DNA of 13,107 bases from a virus (lineage: Duplodnaviria; Heunggongvirae; Uroviricota; Caudoviricetes). The position numbers were made by a program, and so were the translations under genes. The stretch is taken from IMG/VR virus record IMGVR_UViG_2648501150_000039. One strand, written 5' to 3'. The notes beneath the pieces were generated by a model that saw only the letters and a program-made list of their open reading frames with translations, was not told where the DNA came from and searched no databases. This document shows, piece after piece, positions 8,059 to 13,107 of the stretch. The first letter of the stretch is position 1, and each line of letters starts with the position of its first letter.

Positions 8059-8571
8059 TCAGCCAAGCCCAAGCGCGGAACGGATGCGATCGGGCACAAT
8101 GTCCTTGCCGTCCTTCCGGTAAATGAAGTTCAGCAGGTCAATCTCCCACAACGGGCGATCGTTAACACTCAGCTTGTAGTAGGTGTTTTTAATGGCGTAA
8201 GTGTGTGATGTGGCTTCGCCCTGTTTGGCTTCCCCCATATCAATTTCCGTCACACGTCCGCGCATCTCGATTTCATACAGATCGCTTTCTGCATCGGTGT
8301 AGTATTCACCCGCAAAACGCAGCAGCGTGCCGTCAATCGTGCCGCCATACTTAAGGAACAGCTCACGAACTGCGCCCCCCATGACAAAGCTCGCATCAAG
8401 CGCGGAGTCGTCCAGACCGAGATCAATACTTACCGCACCCATCATGCCACCACCCCGGTAGCTGTCGGTTTTGCGCGTCAGCTTAGGCAGAGTGACGGAC
8501 GTCACCTTACCCACTTCGTTTTCACCATCCACAAACAGCGTAAAAAAGCGAAGATGTTTTGGTACAGCCAT
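8059..8571 (-). CDS. Tail tube protein (P2 gpFII-like)
   Basis: 170 aa, immediately downstream of the sheath gene with a TGATG stop/start overlap. Size and position match the P2 tube protein. Confidence 0.85.
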   Translation of the reverse strand: MAVPKHLRFFTLFVDGENEVGKVTSVTLPKLTRKTDSYRGGGMMGAVSIDLGLDDSALDASFVMGGAVRELFLKYGGTIDGTLLRFAGEYYTDAESDLYEIEMRGRVTEIDMGEAKQGEATSHTYAIKNTYYKLSVNDRPLWEIDLLNFIYRKDGKDIVPDRIRSALGLG

Positions 8572-9755
8572 CAGGCACCTCCCAGCACCGCAAATGCGGG
8601 ACCAAAGAATTCATCAGTAAACGACTGGTAAAGCTCCATGTCTTCCAGCGGGGGAACAGGCGTATATTTGTAGCGAATACGCACACGCCCCTGACGTAAA
8701 TTCGTGGTGCCGTTATCCACCACGTCATACCAGCACGACGCCCCAATCAGTTTCCCGGCAGTAACCAGTGAATCCAGTTTTGCCCTGATGGCACTGATAA
8801 CATCTTTCACGTTCGCAGGCGTCAGTGGACTGTCGATGGTTTCAAACTGCGCTTCCGCAATTGAATCAGCCAGCACCTGTGCGGTTCGGGTATACACCTC
8901 AAAGATGTAGGCGTTCGTTTCCGGTGTGCGGTTGCCCCAGAAGCGGAACCCGTTGCGACGAATAATGGTCGTGATTTCTTTGTTGTTGAGGCTGTTGGCA
9001 TCGCTGTCTTCGGCCTGCAACGACCAGAACACATGCCTGGACATCCCCAGCACATTTTTAACCGGAACGTTGGACAGTGATTTGTGCCATCCCTGCTCAT
9101 GGTCAATGTACGCACGAAGGCCGCACGCATAGGCAGGCGCGGGGAACGTTTCGTTTTTGCCACTTTTCGGGTTGTAGGCGATGAAGTCCGGCCATAAGAG
9201 CATCACCTCACGTTCGTTGAATTTCTGGCGGTAGGTAATCACCTCAGCCATCGTGTTACAGCCGTGACATGAGGCATACACAAACGCGCGCAGTTTACCC
9301 GCAATCACGCACAGGGATTTTGTCACCGCCTCCGTGTCCAGCTCCGGCGCGGCCAGAATACGCGGACGGTATCCGATGCTTTCATCCTGCTCTGCAACAA
9401 GCAGCGCATACATCCCCGTATAGCTGCCGTCAGATTCAGAACCACCGATAACCAGTTGATCCTGCGTCTTTCCGTCTTCTTCTTTGTGTTCAGCCACGCG
9501 AACGACGATCACCTTTGTGCTCACCTGGTCTGCGATGGCCTTAAGCGCACGATAAAGCGTCCCCGTTGTCCCGCATTTTCCCAGCACGTCATTGACGCGG
9601 GTCAGCAGTGTGGGCTTGTTCAGCGGGAACAGCTTCGCGTCCGCATCATCCGCCGTTGCCACGATACCGATAACGCTGGAATCAACATCGTTAATCGCTG
9701 TTACCAGGTCGGTATTTTCCGTAACACGGGCACCATGAAAACGAGTTTCACTCAT
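8571..9755 (-). CDS. Contractile tail sheath protein (P2 gpFI-like)
   Basis: 394 aa. Motifs I recall from P2 FI are present: FPLNKP, KLRAF, YRQKF, WPDF, EQGWHKSLSNV, RRNGFRFWGNRT, YTRTAQV, YTPVPPLE. AAGGGG lies upstream of the ATG. Confidence 0.92.
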   Translation of the reverse strand: MSETRFHGARVTENTDLVTAINDVDSSVIGIVATADDADAKLFPLNKPTLLTRVNDVLGKCGTTGTLYRALKAIADQVSTKVIVVRVAEHKEEDGKTQDQLVIGGSESDGSYTGMYALLVAEQDESIGYRPRILAAPELDTEAVTKSLCVIAGKLRAFVYASCHGCNTMAEVITYRQKFNEREVMLLWPDFIAYNPKSGKNETFPAPAYACGLRAYIDHEQGWHKSLSNVPVKNVLGMSRHVFWSLQAEDSDANSLNNKEITTIIRRNGFRFWGNRTPETNAYIFEVYTRTAQVLADSIAEAQFETIDSPLTPANVKDVISAIRAKLDSLVTAGKLIGASCWYDVVDNGTTNLRQGRVRIRYKYTPVPPLEDMELYQSFTDEFFGPAFAVLGGA

Positions 9756-9912
9756 AGCTTTAGCCCCTTGTATCCGTTAAATGATTCGGCAACAATCATC
9801 ACCCACCACGCGCGTAATCTCACCCCTGTGCCGTTCTCCCGATCCGGCGACAACAAAAAGCAGTAACCCCCTCCGCACGCACATGCGACCATGCCGCACA
9901 GGGAGGGAACAG

Positions 9913-11022
9913 ATGACCGATACCACCATGCAATTGCTCAGTCAGGGCACAGACCCCGTGAAAATGCCGGATTTTGATATTCTCGCGGAGGGTAAAACGC
10001 TGTCAGGCGTGGCAGAGCGCCTGATGAGCCTGTCACTGACCGACAACCGGGGATTTGACGCGGACCAGCTCACCATCACGCTGGATGATGCGGATGGTCA
10101 GTTGCAGCTACCGCCACGGGGCGCGCGCCTGACGGTTCTCATTGGCTGGAAAGGAGAACCGCTGACAGAAAAAGGCACTTACATTGTTGATGAAATCGCT
10201 CACGAAGGACCGCCGGACAGGCTGACTGTTTCAGCCAGAAGCGCAGATTTTCGGGATGAATTTAACGTTAAACGTGAGGTGTCCTGGCATGATGTGACCG
10301 TTGAGCGTGTGGTATCCGCCATCGCTCATCGGTATGGTCTGAAACCGCAAATCAGCGAAATGCTGATGGATATCGAAATCGACCACGCCGACCAGACCGA
10401 AGAAAGCGATATGTCCTTCCTTACGCGCATGGCGGAAATGCTGGGCGCAATCACCACGGTAAAAAGCGGCAATCTGTTATTCATCATGCCAGGTGGTGGC
10501 GTGAACGCACAGGGCCAGCCGTTGCCATCGTTCGCCATCACACGCAGCAGCGGCGATCGCCATCAGTTCCGCATTGCTGACCGCGAGGCGTATACGGGGG
10601 TACGCGCTTACTGGCTTGATCTTAATTACGGGAAAAAGAAAAAAGTCAGCGTGAAACGCCGCAAACCGCCAAAACCCAAAAAGGAGAAAAGCAGCAGCCG
10701 TGAAGGTGATTATATGGAAGGCGCGGAAGGCAATGTGTTTGTGTTACGCAAGACTTATCAGAACGAGCAGGCAGCAAGACGCGCAGCGGCGGCAAAGTGG
10801 CAGCAGCTACAACGCGGAGCCGCATCATTTTCCATCACGCTGGCGCGTGGACGTGCAGAACTCTACCCCGAAATGCATGGCACGGTAACAGGATTTAAAA
10901 GCGAGATTGATAATCAGGACTGGATTATTGCAAAAGCCGAGCACACCATTGATAACAGCGGCTTTACCACGCAGCTTGAGCTTGAGGCAAAAATCCCGGA
11001 ATGGATAGCAGAAACAGCGTGA
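9913..11022 (+). CDS. Phage late control gene D family tail protein (P2 gpD-like)
   Basis: Long ORF; the likely start is the ATG at 9913, preceded by GGGAGGGAA (the tracked ORF starts upstream at 9781). Size is about 370 aa. The call rests on overall resemblance to P2 gpD as recalled and on its position next to the other P2 tail genes and ogr. Confidence 0.8.
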   Translation: MTDTTMQLLSQGTDPVKMPDFDILAEGKTLSGVAERLMSLSLTDNRGFDADQLTITLDDADGQLQLPPRGARLTVLIGWKGEPLTEKGTYIVDEIAHEGPPDRLTVSARSADFRDEFNVKREVSWHDVTVERVVSAIAHRYGLKPQISEMLMDIEIDHADQTEESDMSFLTRMAEMLGAITTVKSGNLLFIMPGGGVNAQGQPLPSFAITRSSGDRHQFRIADREAYTGVRAYWLDLNYGKKKKVSVKRRKPPKPKKEKSSSREGDYMEGAEGNVFVLRKTYQNEQAARRAAAAKWQQLQRGAASFSITLARGRAELYPEMHGTVTGFKSEIDNQDWIIAKAEHTIDNSGFTTQLELEAKIPEWIAETA

Positions 11023-11075
11023 ATGTCTTAAATGTATTAGTTCAGATATGTACTAGCAATAAACATAGTTAGAAA

Positions 11076-11091
11076 GGCCGCTAACGCGGCC
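11076..11091. terminator. Hairpin between convergent gpD and the 11114..12283 gene (possible bidirectional terminator)
   Basis: GGCCGC-TAAC-GCGGCC, a 6-bp GC stem with a tetraloop in an AT-rich context. It is located after both stop codons. The U-tracts are weak. Confidence 0.4.
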
Positions 11092-11113
11092 ATATTAATT
11101 AAAACTCCAGTTA

Positions 11114-12283
11114 CTAATATTGAGAAAGATAATCAGCGACTCCATCTGCAGGGTTTCGCCCACCAGTATAAATTGTGCCTAATTCTTGAGGTGTAACATA
11201 TGTTGTAGGCCAAATGGCCATATTTTTAAAATAGTTATCTATTTTTATTCTTTGAAGTTCTTTAAAGAGATAATCTTCTAAGTCATTTCTTTTTAGACAG
11301 TTAACATAATAAGCAGCCGCACTTGCTACTATATCTACAATTTGTAATTGAGGATACTCTTGTGATGAATGGAATGTCAAAGAACGAGCTTTAATTGGCA
11401 ATTCAAATTTTCTTCGATCATAACCATATGCCTCCGTAATTTTTGATATATCCATAAATTTATCAAAAATATCTTTCTTCTCTGTAATAGCTTTGGAATC
11501 GTCATGCTTAATATAAAAACCATTAGGGTATAATTTACCCCATTCTACACAGTGTCTAAAGAGGCTTGGTATAGATGGATCTAATGTGCTTTTCTCAACA
11601 CCTTCCAATATATCATCAATATCGCTTCTGGTAATACTAATTCTGTTTATTATATCTGTGAATATCTTATCACTTGAGCATATCTTTAACTCATCAATTA
11701 CCCTGTAAAATTCATCAATTGACTCAGTCGATTGGCTTCTGATCATATTCATAAAACACTGATACATTACCTCTGTTTTTTCCTCCCCACAGAAAGCAGG
11801 GAAACAGAAATAGTAAACATTAGACAGAGCTAGATTCTGTCCATTTATATAAAGATCTATTCCTCTATTAGAGCACCACGTCTCGATCAAAATATCAACA
11901 ATCTTTGCTGTTAGCATGTATTTTTTATCGACCAAGTATATTTTAACATTCTCTTCATTGACATATTTGCTTTCAAGAAGCCTAATGATGCCATCCTGAC
12001 CAGATTTTCTACGTCTAAGAGTTTTAAAGTGGGCTTCTGTTGGAGACTTGCTTCCGGTTAGTTCTAATGCCTTAAGCGCATCCTGTTTACTAATACTACT
12101 TGAACTTAAGGTAAAAACAGGTTGCAATGGATCGAGTAAATTTCCGCCAGTATTACCTGATTCATCAAAAAATATATCAGGCTTTATATACAACATTTTA
12201 TTTATCTTTGCCGCTAAGTTTCTTTTTTTCTCATTTTCTCGCTTAATTTTATTATCTCGCCTACGTTGACTATTCTTTCCCAT
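11114..12283 (-). CDS. Hypothetical protein, AT-rich cargo gene; possible DUF3800-like family (motif-level recall only)
   Basis: 389-aa uninterrupted ORF antisense to both gpD and ogr. K/R-rich N-terminus, then DIFFDESGNTGG; near the C-terminus QLQIVDIVASAAAYY. These resemble the DESG and Q-x-x-(A/V)-D signatures I associate with DUF3800. Codon usage is strongly AT-biased, unlike the flanking phage genes. Confidence 0.65.
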   Translation of the reverse strand: MGKNSQRRRDNKIKRENEKKRNLAAKINKMLYIKPDIFFDESGNTGGNLLDPLQPVFTLSSSSISKQDALKALELTGSKSPTEAHFKTLRRRKSGQDGIIRLLESKYVNEENVKIYLVDKKYMLTAKIVDILIETWCSNRGIDLYINGQNLALSNVYYFCFPAFCGEEKTEVMYQCFMNMIRSQSTESIDEFYRVIDELKICSSDKIFTDIINRISITRSDIDDILEGVEKSTLDPSIPSLFRHCVEWGKLYPNGFYIKHDDSKAITEKKDIFDKFMDISKITEAYGYDRRKFELPIKARSLTFHSSQEYPQLQIVDIVASAAAYYVNCLKRNDLEDYLFKELQRIKIDNYFKNMAIWPTTYVTPQELGTIYTGGRNPADGVADYLSQY

Positions 12284-12515
12284 AAATACCTCACAATCTG
12301 AATTAGATATCCCAATTTAACGCATTAATAACATAATGTTATGATATCACACAATCAAAATAACGTGCTGATTTTAATGTATCAGGTTTGACTAGCTATT
12401 CTTTGATAAGCGAATAATAAGAATGTCAGCCCCTCAACTCAAAGCGGTTTAGTCAGTTGGAATCGGAGCTAGTAGAACTTAAAATAACAGAAGCACCACG
12501 TTAAGGGAGGTCTCT

Positions 12516-12776
12516 ATGTTCCGTTGTCCGCTTTGTGGCGCATCTGCCCGTATCCGCACAAGTCGTCCGGAAAATGATTCAAACACCGTGCGGCAAAAGT
12601 ATTACCAGTGTAACAACCTGGAATGCGGCGTATGCTTCTCAACACTGGAAGCCTTCCATAAATTCACATCAAAACACGCCTCCGCCGTTCACTCTTCAGA
12701 AGGTATCCCGTGGCATGAGCTGCCAGCTTCACACAGGGGAAACAATCAGATGAGTTTGCCTTTACCTCAGAACTAA
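12516..12776 (+). CDS. ogr: Ogr/Delta-family zinc-finger late transcription activator
   Basis: The N-terminus MFRCPLCGASARIRTSR ... YYQCNNLEC gives a C-x2-C ... C-x4-C zinc-finger spacing close to P2 Ogr (MFHCPLC ... CQNVNC). Strong SD AAGGGAGG lies upstream. It sits downstream of gpD, as in P2. Confidence 0.85.
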   Translation: MFRCPLCGASARIRTSRPENDSNTVRQKYYQCNNLECGVCFSTLEAFHKFTSKHASAVHSSEGIPWHELPASHRGNNQMSLPLPQN

Positions 12777-12785
12777 CAGGCAGAA

Positions 12786-12814
12786 TTGCCGGATTAACAA
12801 AAAAGCGATAGATT
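12786..12814 (+). promoter_or_regulatory. Putative sigma70 promoter for the hok-family mRNA
   Basis: TTGCCG (12786..12791), a 17-nt spacer, then TAGATT (12809..12814). The predicted transcript would start about 145 nt upstream of the toxin ATG, giving the long structured leader typical of hok mRNAs. Confidence 0.3.
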
Positions 12815-12836
12815 ACGCGCGGGTGCCTTTCGGCTG

Positions 12837-13100
12837 ATGGTCGGAGGGAATACCCGAAGGCCAGATGTGGAAAGGCCCCGGAAAACATCTCTGTTTAACC
12901 GAGGCCCTAACCGCATTACCTTGACAAGTGAAAGGTTAGCGCCTCTCCGGAAAAGGAGCAAGTGCTATGTCGCAAAAATCGCTTACGGCCATCACGTTCT
13001 GCGTGACGGCAATCCTCATCATCTGGATGCTGCACGGTTCACTGTGCGAAATACGGATGAGCTTCTGGGGAGCGGAGTTTGCGGCGTTCTTACAGTGTAA
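12837..13100 (+). other. mok-like overlapping reading frame (possible translational-coupling ORF for the hok-family toxin)
   Basis: 87-codon ORF in a different frame that overlaps almost the whole toxin ORF and ends 7 nt before it. This is analogous to mok in hok/sok loci, but may be fortuitous. Confidence 0.3.
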
Positions 13101-13107
13101 GCAGTAA
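12967..13107 (+). CDS. Hok/Gef-family type I toxin (small membrane peptide)
   Basis: Manual translation gives the 46-aa peptide MSQKSLTAITFCVTAILIIWMLHGSLCEIRMSFWGAEFAAFLQCKQ. It has an N-terminal transmembrane helix, then SLCEIR and EFAAFLQCK, matching the Hok-family signature (compare Hok ...SLCEIR...EVAAFMAYE). AAGGAG lies 8 nt upstream. It was not in the ORF track because it is under 60 aa. The stop is the last codon in the window. Confidence 0.75.
   Translation: MSQKSLTAITFCVTAILIIWMLHGSLCEIRMSFWGAEFAAFLQCKQ

Larger units (their letters stand above)
1123..13107. mobile_element. P2-like prophage late/tail region, partial and rearranged (cryptic prophage segment)
   Basis: Contiguous set of P2-type genes (FI, FII, E/E', T, U, D, ogr), plus an invertible fibre cassette with invertase and an integrase fragment. 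Fibre constant region, baseplate, head, lysis and replication genes are absent from the window. Confidence 0.8.

Noticed and set aside
8522-9866. Alternative-frame ORFs within the sheath gene and the FI-D intergenic region (8522..8746, 8704..8910, 8822..9163, 8926..9132, 9269..9451, 9456..9866)
   Set aside because: They overlap the sheath CDS, which has strong motif support. The translations are compositionally biased with no start signals.
9781-9912. Upstream extension of gpD from the tracked start at 9781
   Set aside because: The extension is Pro/Ser/Arg-rich with no ribosome-binding site. The ATG at 9913 has GGGAGGGAA 5 nt upstream and begins a plausible N-terminus.
10326-10888. Small ORFs inside gpD on either strand (10326..10541, 10646..10828, 10700..10888)
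   Set aside because: Nested in gpD; no independent support.
12048-12269. 73-aa plus-strand ORF antisense to the 5' end of the 389-aa gene
   Set aside because: Low-complexity, Leu/Ser/Phe-rich translation of an AT-rich antisense frame; likely spurious.
12498-12513. TAAGGGAGG upstream of ogr, superficially resembling part of the P2 attachment core as I recall it
   Set aside because: Its position 6-8 nt upstream of the ogr ATG makes it a Shine-Dalgarno sequence; the resemblance to an att core is too short to mean anything.
12535-12888. ORFs 12535..12753 (plus, alternative frame of ogr) and 12664..12888 (minus)
   Set aside because: The first overlaps ogr out of frame. The second is antisense to the ogr 3' end and the hok leader. 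Neither has features; the zinc-finger frame is clearly the real one.
1-13107. CRISPR arrays, tRNA or rRNA genes, and insertion sequence terminal repeats
   Set aside because: I found no regularly spaced direct repeats, no cloverleaf-compatible segments in the non-coding stretches and no transposase-like ORFs.

Overview
The window reads as a rearranged, compositionally mosaic fragment of a P2-like (myovirus) prophage late region; all calls are from reading the sequence and ORF translations, with no database search run. Left to right: a minus-strand terminator; an AT-rich gene for a 309-aa four-helix membrane protein; a 5'-truncated tyrosine integrase fragment whose stop overlaps that gene's start; a Mu G-segment-like invertible tail-fibre cassette (two alternative fibre C-termini, two convergent tail-fibre assembly genes, 17-bp inverted crossover repeats) with its serine DNA invertase; an apparently intact minus-strand tail operon (sheath FI, tube FII, E/E' with a conserved T_TTT_TTG -1 frameshift site, tape measure T, U); a divergent plus-strand gpD; an AT-rich 389-aa antisense gene wedged between gpD and ogr; an Ogr/Delta zinc-finger late activator; and a complete Hok/Gef-family type I toxin ORF that the ORF track missed. 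No fibre constant region, baseplate, head, lysis or replication genes are present. The best candidates for an undescribed system are the two AT-rich cargo genes (204..1133 and 11114..12283); their functions cannot be assigned from sequence alone.
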